A stretch of 64,000 nucleotides of DNA. Source: Lingula anatina (taxonomy: Eukaryota > Animalia > Brachiopoda). The DNA lies in NCBI GenBank assembly GCA_051362555.1, contig CM120640.1, positions 60,738,788 through 60,802,787 on the forward strand, read 5' to 3'. The translations under genes and the position numbers were made by a program. Shown here one piece after another: positions 27,680 through 41,800 of the stretch; position 1 is the stretch's first letter; each line of letters opens with the position of its first letter. Below the pieces are notes generated by a model, which was not told where the DNA came from, made no database searches, and saw only the letters and a program-made list of their open reading frames with translations.

Positions 27680-28476
27680 CGCATGAATTTCGTGCTAACA
27701 AGTTGCATGTTATGCAGGCAGGGCATCATAACACCTTGTGTCAAAAACTTTCAATGTGACAAGAATTACAAATTGCATGCAGAAGTGGTAGTACTGCTGC
27801 ATTACTGGAATAAAAAGACTTGCATGATATTGAATTGGTGCATGAACCAATACAAGTGCACTTGCAAATACAAATACAAATGATATACTACAAGTAGCAC
27901 AAACTTTTATGCATTAACACTCCTATTTACAGATTCTGATATCATACTAGTGTGTACTAATCGTGCTAATGTAGGAAAGATAAAGGTCCACATAACTGTA
28001 AAATGACAACCAGGTAGCATGTCCACTGTGATGCAGGGGCTCTCAAATCATTTACTTACCTCACCTCCTCAAGTCCCACACTGCAGCAGTGATGTTAATA
28101 TCTGCCTGGTAATCCCCATTCTATGGTTAACCTGATCATGATCAGAATATGCAGGGAATGACTGGAAATGACTAGTAATAACCATTTTATTCATTTTTAC
28201 TCCCAAAAATGACTTTTTCCTTTCAGGCTTTGACATTTATATTTTTAAAGTTTTAAAGTTTTAAATCTACACATTGTTTTCACTAACATTATAATATCAG
28301 TAATTGTTTCAATTAGTTCACATATTTAAACATTCAGCCGTTCATAAAATGCTTCTTTATTTGTACAATAGCTAGTATTCAGTGATGAAATTTTTCAAGT
28401 TGAAATGATGCATAGCTTTAGAAATGTTGATGATATATTTTATAAGTTTTAAAGAATTTTTACTTTTTCAGGTATC

Positions 28477-29086
28477 ATGAAAAAGGAAGGGACTTTGGCA
28501 ATAAGGTTTGCCCTCCATGGCTGTGTCAACAGACCATTCTATCATATTGTTGTCATACAAAAACACAAAGCTAGAAATGGAAGAATCATATCACAGATAG
28601 GAACTTACGATCCAATGATCAACCAATTTGGAGAAAGATTATTTGCCATGTCATTTCAGAAGTACAGAAAATGGATACTAAGAGAAGCCCAACCAACCAA
28701 ATCATTAGTTAAAATGTTAGGTGAGTGCTTTGCCCATTTCTTTGTAGCTTAAACACAATTCATTTTATCTTAGAATATCATGCTACAAAACTTGGCTACA
28801 TGTAATTAACCATGTAATACATGTTAATGCCCTGGGCAATGACTGTGGATCAAAGGATATCCACAAAGATAATATGAATTCATTGTCCATGAAGTTTATG
28901 ATGCCAAACCACCAACATTTGCATAGTTTGTTTTAAAGACCACTTTTTTTTATTCCAGGCATTGCTGGTTTTTATCCTATCCATCCCCAGTCCATATTAC
29001 ATGCACACCGAAAAAGAATGTTACAGGCAAGGCAAGCATCAGAGGCAAAGCAACAGACAGAAGAATTCAAAGAGACTGCACTGTGA
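28477..29086 (+). CDS. MRPS16: Mitochondrial ribosomal protein S16 (bS16m), 2 coding exons
   Basis: Exons 28477-28720 and 28959-29086: LAIRFALHGCVNRPFYHIVV...QIGTYDPMINQFGERL...VKMLG|IAGFYPIHP. This matches the S16 motifs RL...G..NRPFY.IV, G.YDP and LGLAGFFPLHP. Confidence 0.93.
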
Positions 29087-32006
29087 CAATGGCATTTACA
29101 ATACACCAAAGTATTCAGCTATTGAATCATGGTATTTTAGGAGTAAAATTTTGAGACATAATAATTCCATCAGTCTTTTTGCATGACAAGGGCTTCTTTT
29201 TTGTGATCGAAGAGGAATTATCCTTGAGTTGCTATAGTTGGGGAACTAATGGACTCTTCGGTGAAAAAATGTCATGTTTGGAGAATCAATGGAACAAATA
29301 TTTAAAAAGACCAGTTGATTTGTTTGCCCATAATGTATGATGTTATTTCATGCAGTATTAAGTACTTATGGACTTGAGTAGCTGCAAGTTTATTGAAGTT
29401 TGAAAATGTTATTAAAAAATAATATCAAGACAGTTTTCAAGGATGCCTGGCACAAACTTGACAGTATAAAAACCACTGAATTTTCATCTATAGGAAAATT
29501 ATGCAACTAAAACTGGCATTGATCTCTTCCTGAGACAAATTTTTAGAAAACATTATGCATATTATCTAAATGATTTGACAATCTAGAATACTAGAAAACA
29601 AATGTTAGATGTTAGAAGGATGTCTCAACTAATGCAATAAGGCAGGCTTCTGGATTGTATTTGGTATTTTTTTTGGTTCTTAGAACCCTGATCTTGTTTA
29701 GTTATTGTCTCAGAACATGTCTTCTTGTGTTTGTTTTATAATAAATTGTCACTGAATTGTTTGATGTAAGAATGTTTTTGAGGTTTTAAGTTCATCATCA
29801 ATTGCATAATTTTCCTTTGAAAAGGCACTTAAGTGAAAAAATTTACAATGGTTTTTATTGGCTTCATGGTACTAGAATAGGCATAGAAGAGAGCAGACAC
29901 CCTCTGGTCATAATGAACTTGACTGGTACAAGGGTGATATGAAGTCCATCTGGCTTTGGCTTTTATGAGACCAAATCAATTAATGTATTTCCCTGCAGCT
30001 TTGTCTTTATCACCCTTGCAGTCTATAACCAGCTAATGACTGTTTGTAAAGTCATCAAGCATGGGCTGTAGAGGCAGCATTATGGATTTTCAAAATTGAA
30101 TTTTGACCATCTAAATGCTAGACATCTCAAGTTTTCTTTCTTTTTTTTTTCTCCCAAAGATTAGCTTTTATCACTACAACAAGCTATAGATGTCTAATGG
30201 CTTTTTCATGAAATAAGCTGAATAGTCAACAGATTTGCATTAAGGGATCTGGGTATTCAACATTTCTATTTTTAAGACAGATCTGTAGTACAGTTACTAT
30301 TTATAAATACTTAAAAGCAATTTTCCTCGAGTGGTCAATATCTGTCTGAATCTTTGTTGCATTTTATGTACAGACTTAACGTGTCTTTATATATAGCCAC
30401 CTCCTGTGTGTTGTCATTGTCTGGCACTGCATTTTTCACCATAAACACAATCAATGATTAACCATGACTTATTATTCTAAAACTTACTGGCCAGGGGTGA
30501 TGTTTAGGACCCAACATTTTCATTTTTCACAAATTGGCATTTTCAAAGTGTGGCTCTGAACTCCCATGGGGATGAAACCCTGTGTTACTTGAAATTACAA
30601 AAGCCCAACTTTGTGAACTGTCATGGTTACATGAATGTTCTGCTCTGTTTGTACATTTGACAACTTTGCTGCCTTGTATGATAAAGTTCATTTAGATGTT
30701 TCATCTCTGAAGAAAAGGTGCCAGACCTGTGGGTATTTATTTATTTATTTATTTTTTGAAAGGGTGGTTTATTAAAAAAAAAAAAAAAAAGGGGATAGGT
30801 CAAGTTGCAGTCCCCCTTCTCTGAATCTATGCTGCATAACTCGGGAGATTGCAGAAGGATTATATGACTTGATAGAGGAGGGGGTGCAACTTGGATCTCT
30901 TTCTGTTATCAAAAATGAAAATTTTTCTGTTGGAATCCATCCTGAGCATGAAAAATGAACACTTGTAATTGAGTGCTGGTTGACTCTCAAAAAAATTATA
31001 TTAAAAAAAACAAATAAACAAATATTCCTTTGATATTTAATAGATATGTTTCCCGTATCTTTTACATAACGCTGTGGGTTTGAGATCATCCATCTAATGT
31101 AATTTACAGAAAATGAGATGGATATAAAACTCTCCCTCGTTACAAGTAGTTTGTAGAAATGAATTGGTGAAATATGGTAGACAAAAATATTCACATATTT
31201 GCATGCTTTGACCTCAAAATTGTCAAGGTCTTGAAAGTCACAGGTAACAGCATTGTAAGATTTTTTTAGCAAAAAAGAAAACTCGTAATATGCATCCCTG
31301 ATTGAACTCTTTACTAAGTTTTGCACGGATTGTAGTCTAACAAGTAAAATATCAACAGATAAATAGCTTGCACTGAATGCAATGTGAAGTGGAACAGGCG
31401 TTTGTCATTTATAGGCAAATGATGATTTAAATATTTCAGTTACAAATATTCCAAAGATTCTGAGGTAAGAAGATCCCTACTAAACCTTCTGAATATTTGT
31501 TGAAAAATTAAAACAGAACTCAAACCTTTTTATGCTTTTAAAATTATTTTATGTGAAATAGAGACTCAGATGAGTGATATTGACACCCATCTTTATTGTG
31601 CAATTACTGCTTCCACCACCTTTTGTAATCTTGGAGTATTTTGAGACAGTAGTAATTGATAAGTCTCCCACCTGTTTGTAGATGAAGTATATGCTGTAAA
31701 TTATCTCCTTTGTTGGTAGGAACAATTTCATGATTGATCTCAACAGATACGGTATCCTAAATGTGAAAATGTATTAAATAGATTGAATTAATCTTTTACA
31801 ACAAATATTGGTTATTGTCATCAGTAGTGCACGTGGCACTGGGAAATGCACCTATTCTATTGAAGAATGTGTTGGATTCCATATTGAATATTGATTGATC
31901 TTTTCAACTTTTGTTCTTTAATTGATATCCTACATGTCAACTGTTGCCAGGAAAAGATGCAATATGTCCTCTAGTATTGCTAGAATACTTGAAGATGATT
32001 TAGCAG

Positions 32007-32020
32007 GTTGCCATGGCAGT
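32007..32020 (+). promoter_or_regulatory. RFX X-box candidate, probably at the promoter of the R9AP/R7BP-like gene
   Basis: GTTGCCATGGCAGT matches 12 of 14 positions of the canonical GTTGCCATGGCAAC. A strong donor TAG|GTAAGT lies about 110 nt downstream at 32131-32137. Confidence 0.5.
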
Positions 32021-35000
32021 ATGAAGGGCTCGAGTGAAGCCTATATTCGACTAAATCAATAGGGATTTCTAATCAAGGCAGCAGTTGCTTGCTGTTGTCA
32101 TTTTAGTGATAGATGAGCAATGCTAGTTTAGGTAAGTTGTTCATTTTTTCTTTTTTTTGATTTGATTTGATGTTCCAAATTTTTGAAAAAAAAATTGCTT
32201 GGGTATGCTAACATTTTTTTAAAATATAAATTCTCATTGTAAAGGTATTTAACTTGTATGCACTCCTTTTTTTAGCAAATTTAAGTTAGGCAGTGGATTA
32301 TGGTGAGAGTTTTGTTAAATATAATTTTGTAATTCATATAAAAACATTATTAACAATATGCCATCCCATGAACACTGAATGGCAGTGATCTTTAACCTAT
32401 TTTCAGTGAAGTTGTGGTAGCTTATATTTTTGCATGCTCTGTCTTAGCAGATTTTTACTATAGTTGATTCACCCAGGGAGCATTTCTAAACCCTCTGTGG
32501 TCCTGCCCACTTCCATATCCACCATCCTCAAGGTCTGGGTATGGCATATGCCCTGATTTTGGGTTCTTTTGTAAGTAAGTCTCAAGAATGCATAAATGCA
32601 TTTTTATTGTTATAGTGTAAGTAAAGACATCCTGGATGAAAGACCTTTGTGTTACATTTAATAGATACAATCTGTTTGAAAACACATTTCAAATGTTTGT
32701 AAAGCGACTTCATATTCACTGTTGTGAATATGCAAGATTTGCAGTTTACTGGACAGAACTACAAAATAGAAATTAGAACATGCTTTTAATACCTCCACAC
32801 TTGATTATTGTTATACATGTAGTGTCTTTTTTACCTAAGTCTAGATCAATTAAACAAACTGAAACTAATACAAAACTCGGGCTAAGTCCAAATATGAAAA
32901 GAGATAGTTGGGAATACATAACACTTGTATTAAATTATGTTTTATGTATTAGCTAACAAATTTTATGGTGAATGGGCATTTACAATATATGTTTTACCTA
33001 CTGATATAAGAAACTGCAAATCACTTGGCAAATTTAAAGAAATTATTAACCTTTGAAGACTTACATTTTATATCCATTTATAATAATTGATATTGTAAAG
33101 TTTATTGTTTTAAAATTTCCATCCTTAAGATGAATCTTAATTAAAATTAGTAACTCTTAGATTAAAGATTTTAGACTTTTGATTAACAAATATCTATTGG
33201 AGTTCTTGATTTGTAAGTGCATGGATTCGGCATTTTTGCACAGTTATGAGAAAAAGGGGAGGGCAAAAATATAAAATATATTAAACAAAAGCATTTTTTC
33301 ATTTCTTTACTGATAAAATCCAAAAAGGTTCCATGGCACTGGATTATCATACTTATTGTTGTGATTAGATAGGTGTTGAAATGGTTTTGATAGCTGTTTA
33401 GGCAAGGAAAATGTTTGGCAGCGAAATCACACTTTTCACCCCAAAAATGTTGCTGTTACATCATCTGCTTGAGAGAGTAAATTTGCCCTGATGTATTTTT
33501 GATATGACATCACCAGCTTATTATGTGACAATGTTTATTTTCACATTACCTAAGCGCACAAGGAAAAATCCTAATGTATTGATCCCCTTGCTGCTTTTGT
33601 CAGAGGCATTACAGTGTATAGAAATATCAACTATTAAATATTTTTAAAAGAAACAAAACTTTTTAAAATGATACATAGCCTTAGTAGGATCATGTAGGTG
33701 ATAAGGACTCTGGAAATTAAAAATTAATTTTCAGTAAAGATGATTATCCTTATTATTATCAAGTTAACATGTATAAAGTAAACAATTTTGATCAAAAGTG
33801 AAATTGTCTTATTCGTGAAAACTCCCACAGGAGGCATTTTTAATTCAAAAGAAAATCTATTTTGTGAACAAATTTACTTTACTAATCCATACATATTTAT
33901 CTCTAAAAGAGAAAATTTACAGATTGGATAGTTTAGAAAAAATGGCCTTGGAAATATCATGGAAATTGGCCATATGATGGTAAGAGCAAATTGAGCAGGA
34001 AAAAAGGAAGACTGAAATTGAGCAGGAAAAAAGAAAATTGTAGATCAACTGATTTTAGTGTTTTGAACAGTTATATTAATTATTTTGTTCAACTTTGCAA
34101 ACTGAATACTAAAATTGCAACTGCAGTTATCCACTGGCTGTAATTTGATAGAACATTGGCTAATAACACAGATTTTTAAGTGTCCACTGATGGATATTCT
34201 TTCAGGCAAATAATATCATAAGAAAAGCATTAGGTCTAAATCAATTTTTTAGATCTCAGATAGGAAATGAGGAGCACATCACAAACATAAAAGCACAAGG
34301 CTGATGAGGTTCATTTTTGATTGCATGATACAACTCAATTTTACTGGTGGAACCAGGACATCAGAAAGGGAGGGTGCAACAAAAGTGGGTCTTTCCTTTA
34401 TAGTGATATGAGACATTTTCTATTTTAGATAGTCATTTTATACCTTTCAACAGTATATACAATTAACAGACAAGGGTGAATATTCTCCCCATATTTTTCC
34501 TAGGTTTTCCCTCCCTTCCACCACACACACACTACTATACAAATTTATGATTGTAAATTTCCTGTAACTTCACACTAGGCATGTCTTTCTGTTTGTTCGT
34601 TTGCTTCTCTGCCACCATCTATCTATCCCTCAGTCAGCTGATTGCACCACCAGCATATGAGCAATATAATATTTTCCCATCATGTTCTGAAATTTCATAT
34701 CTCCTTCCCCTTAAACAAAGTGAGTTATTTTATTCACTAGTGTTTGCTGATTGGAAATGGCAAGATCCTTGTTATTTGTTCCTGGGAAACATGTCCTATG
34801 TTCACAGTTCTCTTGCTGTGTGGAATTGGTGTTTTAAAAAGAAAAAAATGTTTCACTGGCCAAAGAGGCATATTTTCCATACCTCATGAATGAGCCATTA
34901 ATTGGGGCTTTTAAAACTAATTAAATAGAAGCCTTCTACCCTTTGAACTATATGCATCTGTAGCTGTTTTGGTTAGAATAAGCTATAAGCAAAATACACA

Positions 35001-36386
35001 GCACATATCAGAGCACAGTGTACATGGTGGAGGGGGGCATTGGAACAATGTGCTCCCCTCCCTTTCTCATTTCAAAGCCCTGTATCTTGTGTAAAATCTC
35101 AAGTCTGTATTACATAGCAGTTAACTGGGTTTCTGTGCCATTACATCTGAGGAAAAATACAACTGATGTGAAAAAGCAACCAAATCCATAAGTTAATAAC
35201 TTTGATGCTATTAGGTGTAGTGGAGAAAGAGATGATAATTGTGCAATTACTTGGAACACTCTTCTGAGTCATGAGGAATTGGCTTTATCTTTTCTCTCCA
35301 TTTGCAATTGTTCTGCAGGTTTCTAGTTGACAGGCTAGTGATGGATGGGCTTTGCCACATTAATCTCTTTTTTCAGTTCCGTGAAGCTCAGTTCACCTGT
35401 TTCAACAAATTGTATCACTGCATTGGCAATTTATAGTATGACCAAAGTGACCACATTAAGTTGTGTTTATTGGGAAAATGTCAAAGTTAAAGGGATTGTT
35501 TGTGGGATTTAAGGACATCAAAGCAAATAAAAGCATCATATTTAGTAGGGAAACTAACTGACCAACTTCCTGTTGGCTCAAAATTAAAATATTCCACACT
35601 CATAAACATTGTTACAGCACTTTTTCTTCAGAAATAAAAATGATTTATACTTTTTTTTATCTGGACCATGTCACTGAAAGTTCATGTGATCTTTCAACTA
35701 TTGCAATGGTTCTCCTCAATTTGATGACAACTGTAGGTTACTGATGCACCTGAGATAATCACTGCATACACAATTGGCAAAAATCTAAATCAGTTTTATT
35801 TCTAATGTTTAGCTGGATAGACAAGCTAATATATCAGACCACATTTTGCATTATTTTCACTACCAAGAATGTGCATTTTTTTCACCTCAAAATGAAAACA
35901 AAGATTTTAGACAAAGAAAAATCATTCAAAGCATTTAAGTGAATAAGACAAGTAATTCATTACTTTTGCATTTTACCACATCTGCTTACAAGATCAAAAT
36001 ATTTTGAAGCTACTGATACTGGCAGTAACAATTATAAAAATTGTAAGTGTAATTGTAATGTGAACTGGTATGAAAGAATCAGGAAGGCAATCATTCATTT
36101 TGGTAACTGGTAATTTTGTTTTCTAATCAAAATGATATTCCATATTATGCAGCACACCAAGGTAGATTTTTATGTTTCAGTGATGCTCAAATGTATATTT
36201 CATTTCAATTAAACTAGAGAATGATCTTAATGTGTATGTTGCATGACATTGTTCAAGAAGTTGAGACCTACAGAAACTTTTGTTTATAACTTAACTTCAT
36301 GTTATGGACTAACATTTAGTCTAAAACTGCTGGAAAAAAATTTAATTTCTTATATGGATCATATGACGATCGGTGCTCATGATCAT

Positions 36387-36388
<2 letters not shown>

Positions 36389-36426
<38 letters not shown>
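36389..36426. repeat. (CA)n microsatellite
   Basis: Uninterrupted acacac run. Confidence 0.97.
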
Positions 36427-36430
<4 letters not shown>

Positions 36431-38872
36431 TTAAAGTGGTATTTAATGCTCTAGCTAATTCTTATTGCATTATTGCACATGCTTAAGTTTTTTCTATATT
36501 TCCTGAAATTTAAATTTTTCAAAGATTAAAGAAAACGTCTGGCTATCAAGTCCTGCATGTGATATTCACATGATCACTATAAAGTTCATACCTTGAGCAC
36601 CAGTAAAAGGATGCCTATATACAAGAGCAATTACAATTATAATGATGCTATAAATCATTACTTAGTCAAGAGGGAGCTGGCTTCAGTATTGAGCTTTTCC
36701 AATGTTTAGAAAATCTTTTATAGTCGAGAGATTTGTTCATCTGCAACCATTTGATAGCCTGGCTCAGTGAATTGACTACATAGGGCAAGCATGGTTTAAG
36801 TCAAAAGAGTTCACTTTCAGTTCTAAGGTCAGGTCTGTGGTCAGGCATATGATTGCAGTTATAGGTATTTACTGTCCTAGGGGTGAAATACTGACAGAAA
36901 ATGCCAAATGAAATTGATTTGGATATTTCCCTTAATGCCTTATGTCAGCTTCACTCTATCCAAGCAGTACAAACATATTTTGTATGCAAGTGCATTTTTT
37001 CATATATTTTTTGTGTTGACAGTCTTTCCAGCTTATAAAGATGTTATGTTATAACATGACAATGGCTACCAAATTCCCTTCATTTGAATCAAAAATTTCT
37101 CTGGATAGCAATGTGGATATATGTCAAGCAATTATCTATTGGCCCACAACAAAAGCATTAAAATGCTGTGTACAACATGTCCCATCAGAGTACCACCTGT
37201 CAGTGCAAAGGTTTTAATAATAAGAATAATTTTTATAATAGAATGAAAAACAACATGGTTAACTAATTAAAATGATATTCCATTTTAGAATAAGGCATTA
37301 TTTAGATATATTTTACAATGTTGTTTCAATTTTTCAAAACCAAGTTCCAAAAGGATGGTCCCAAGTTTTTCCATATTATTTTATCAATTTTGTATTATTT
37401 TTTGGAATGTTTTACCTTAAATCAGATACAACAGTTACATTTTATTGGTTTTGAACTATTATGTCTAATGGAAGTATACAGGATTGCTTCTGTGTCAGCC
37501 AACACATATAGAAGATAATCAATTACAAATCTAATTTGAAGGTGTTTTCCTGGTAACCTGACATTTATACCAAACTGAAATCCAGTAGTTCACCAGGAGA
37601 TGATGAGTATACTCACTAAGCCAAAGATGACTTTATGCAGGTAAATGAAGGTCAGACAAAAAAAGATTTTTTTTCCTTTGCAGGCTTTCCTAATTACTTT
37701 TGCTAATTAATATGGGACTATTTGAACTTGAGTTTTCCCCAGAGGAGTGAGCTGTGCATTCATATGCTATGTTTCTTTTACAGAAGGAAACCACTTTAGA
37801 ACACGGATGTGGTAAAGGTGATTCTTGAGGTAATCCTTCAAGAACAGAAACTCTTAGCGTCTTCATTCCAAACAGAGAGGTGATACATGGTGCAAGCAAT
37901 AGACAGTTCAATCAATAAGATATAATGGACTATTAGTATATAAATAACATCTTTATAAGTCATGGCCCACCACAGACATTGGATTAAAGTCTAATCCTAG
38001 CACAAATCATATAGAGCTGTCAGATGAGGACATTACATGAAGCCGTATTACTTCAGATCTGCTCTTAAAGTCTGGATAATTTTTTGTTGCTAGAAAATAG
38101 GTACTCAGTGGAATATAACACATTGATCATAACTGCATAACTGCAATCACAAAGGCTGCATAGGTTTAGTCACATGAGTTAAGTGGAAATTCCTGTCATT
38201 GACAACAAAACTATATATGGCGGTAATAATTATGAAATGATTATATCATGAATTTTAAGGATGAATGTTAAAAGACACTCTGCTTAGTTGATTCTATTGG
38301 ATTCATTGCAAGCTGTTCATGCTCAAGGTGGCAATCAAATTACAGCTAGGGGTAATATTAGTCAGACATAGTATAAAACCTGTCAACAGTTGTGAGCTAC
38401 TTTAAAGCAGCCTTACTTTTGTGTATGACAGATGGATATTGTAGAACAGAAAATGGGATTAATTTTATAGAAAGATCAAATACAACATTTTATCTTTTAT
38501 TTTCCTGCAGAAGATTGGAAGTAAAACAGATAGTGTACAGATCAGCACATGTGCTTTGCTCTCATGCTTGTCATTCTCTGGAGATATTTGTTTGGTTGGA
38601 GGATGGAAAGAGAGTCCAGATTCACTGGCAATGACACAGCTTGGGAGTAAATGCTCCGTGAAATGCCAATCGCATGTGCAGAGCAACTTTTCATCCATTA
38701 AACGGAGGCAACTACCCAGCTTTCAATTGTGTCAATATGTTGTAAGATAAACTATTCAGTGTTTGAAAGACTTTTCAGAGTTAAAGGTCCACTGCAATTA
38801 CAGAAACTTTAATTGGGTTTTATTGAAGCTGGAATAATTTGAAAATCTGTACTAGAGACATATATTTCAATC

Positions 38873-41800
38873 ATGAGCACTAAAGTACCCAGAAGATCCA
38901 TGTCCTTTAGGTCTTCTATTTCTGTGCGATCATGTAGATCAGACATTCAACGGTCAAGGGAAGATTGCATTAAGGTAAGCATGATTAAGTGCAAAGCCAT
39001 TATTAATTTATTGATTTTACCTTATTTACTTGATAAATGATTGTTGTATACTATTTCTCTCTCACTTTCTCTCTCTCTTGTTTTTGTATTTTATATAGTG
39101 CAGAGCACAAAAATACCAACTCATGCAACATTTAACCCTTTATCATGAAGTTTGTTTTCAATTTCATGAAATCTGGGCAATAATGATGTGGATTAGCTCT
39201 ACGCAATGTATGAGTAAAATTCAACTCCTTTTTATGTACAGACACAGATGTGTCTGTACATAGAGCCGTCACCTGCGTCTGTCGTCGTCGTCATCATCGC
39301 TGTGCACTTTCACCAATAACACGATAAGTATTAAACCGTTTTACCTTTTGGCTTGAAACTTACAAAACTGATGATGAATATTCATTAAATGCAGGTCAAG
39401 TTCGAAAATCAGCATGATTGGGCCATTTTTTTTCAAAATTATGCTTTTTTTTGCTTTTTTCAGCATATATGCAACACTGATAACACATTTAAAGAAAAAA
39501 CAATAGGCCTATTGTCTTGCAACTCACAGGAGTGATCAGTCTTATTAATATGCAGATCAAGTTCAAAAATAAGCTTGATCGGTGGAGTTTTGATGAAGTT
39601 ATGCCTTTTTTTCTATATAAGTGGTTTTTCTTATGATTTAATTCTCAGGCATGTTAACAGTCTCATTATTGAACTAGTTAGATACAAATTTTCTGCATCT
39701 TTACAATATTGTTAATTGATCATAAAAAAATGATGGTAAACCTGATTGTGTTTTGTGTAATAAAGAGTTAAAAATGGAAATAAACTCATATCATTGCAGT
39801 TTGTCAGATTCAATCATTCACTTTGTCCAGAATCTCAGAATGGATGAAATTGGACCCTTCACAATTGTTCTATTGATATTTTTCCTATGTCAACAATTTT
39901 CTTAGTTGATCATATAAAAATGACTGTAAATTGAATATTTTGATATATGTATTTTATGTAAAAAGGTGTTGAAAAAGGAAATAAAATCATTTCAGTACAG
40001 TTATCGCTTGTTTACATTTTGGCATTTTCATGGTGTGACTCTGAATTTCCATGGGCTTTTGCTAGTCACATTTTCAGAATCTCCATGATACTTTTAATTT
40101 ATTATTAAAAATTGATGGTGATTATGCTGTTAAGCATTATGTTATATTGCATCAAAATTGAAGAAAACACTATTTTGGGCACTGCCTCCATAGTAACCAT
40201 TAAAGGAAAACCACGTCACTTACTCTTCTCACAATTACAGGAAAGAAACATAGGACTAAAATGCAGCCTGAGTTGGAAAAGCAGTTAAATTGGCTTCTTT
40301 TTTTGACTTTGCAGTTAAGCATAATGTATTATTGCATCAGAATTGACAGTATCCTATTTTGTGCATTATTATTTTCTGCTTTTAGTCTGTACATTTGACA
40401 GCATTGCTGCCTAGTTGTCCTTTAGATTCAGCTCTTTTTTCCAGTCAAAAAATGTATCTTTTAAATTTGTGTTCTTGAATTGTTTCAGAACACCTAATGC
40501 TAAGTATTTTATGACTTTTCAAGAATAGTAAGGAAAGAGCACATGCTATTTATAGACCAAAGATGTCCTAGTTTTATATCAATAATATTTTATATGCAGT
40601 AGCTGTATATGGACAATTGTTTGTTGTTGTTCATGTAGGAATATGATATGTATAAAGATGTAACTGTTTTTTATTGATCTACATGTTGTTGTCTTAATTC
40701 TGTTTCTCTACCTAGTAAATTATAATAGTATTACATAGATTTATAATACAAACTGATACCACTAAAAAAAGCAACTCTTGTTGTTAAATTATTTCTGCTT
40801 TCTAAGTTAATTAACTTGATTGTCATTTAAATATACTGCCAGCATTAAGTACTCCAATTAATTCATCAGATCCTGTAAACTAGTGAGATAATTTTGTCAA
40901 ATTCGTAAGTGTTAATAATTTTGATTTGTCCATTTCAGCTACTTAAAGAACTAAGCAAATATACTGCCCATTACGAAATGTTGATGATTGCCTTGGGAAC
41001 AACATGTGATAATGACAGCTTAAGAAAGGAATTGCGAAGAACACAAGGCAGGGCTTATGACTTGGTCTTACAGAATAAGGCCAGGCTTATGCCATACCTA
41101 CGGAAGTAAATACTATTTTTTCACCACTGTTTTTTTTCTTATGAAATCCACAAGGCTTCCACGCGAAACAACTTGAATAGCTACTATACTGCTTTTGCTT
41201 CAAAGAGTTCATATATATCCAAGATTTTTTCAGCATAGTATTGTTAATATATAACCAAAGAAAAAAATTCAGGTTTAAATGCATTCAAATTATCTGTGTA
41301 TAATAGGATATATGCTAATCTAGATTCTTAGAAGTAATACAAAATTCAATGCTATTTCTGACATACATGTATATATTCGATTTGTGTAGTGAAATTTGCA
41401 TGTAAGATTACTAAGTATTGAATTAGCCTACCATGCAAGCCTTGCATGCCATATACTGTGGATTACATTGATTACATATGAAGATCAAACTATAAGTCGA
41501 GGGTTTATTAAGTTGGTGTTTTTTTTTTTTTTTTTTTTTTTTTTTTTGTACAAGCCGTAATCTTCTTCCAGGCTCGTTTTCTGTTTCACTGCTGGAAATG
41601 TCATAATAAACCTTTTACATGTTATATTCAAAAAGCAAAAAGGGCTGTTTAATACATGCAATTTATTGAAATAGTGTCTGTGTGTAAAAAAGTATTAATG
41701 GAAGTTGATTTCAAAGGTATGTTTTTTGCCTCCAGTTTCTAATGGCTGGCTCTTGAACTCCTCCGTTAAGAAATCTATTGCCTGTTTTGTGATCAACCAT

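Noticed and set aside
29084-29095. Stop-codon readthrough or selenocysteine at TGA stops (MRPS16, ZNF710-like, LRRC61)
   Set aside because: None has a TGA-CTAG context or a recognisable SECIS, and the proteins already end at homolog-like lengths.
30772-31326. 184-aa minus-strand ORF, the longest unexplained ORF
   Set aside because: It has a non-ATG start, an AT-driven composition rich in F/I/S/N, no recognisable domain, and ends in a poly-T run; it is most likely a chance ORF.
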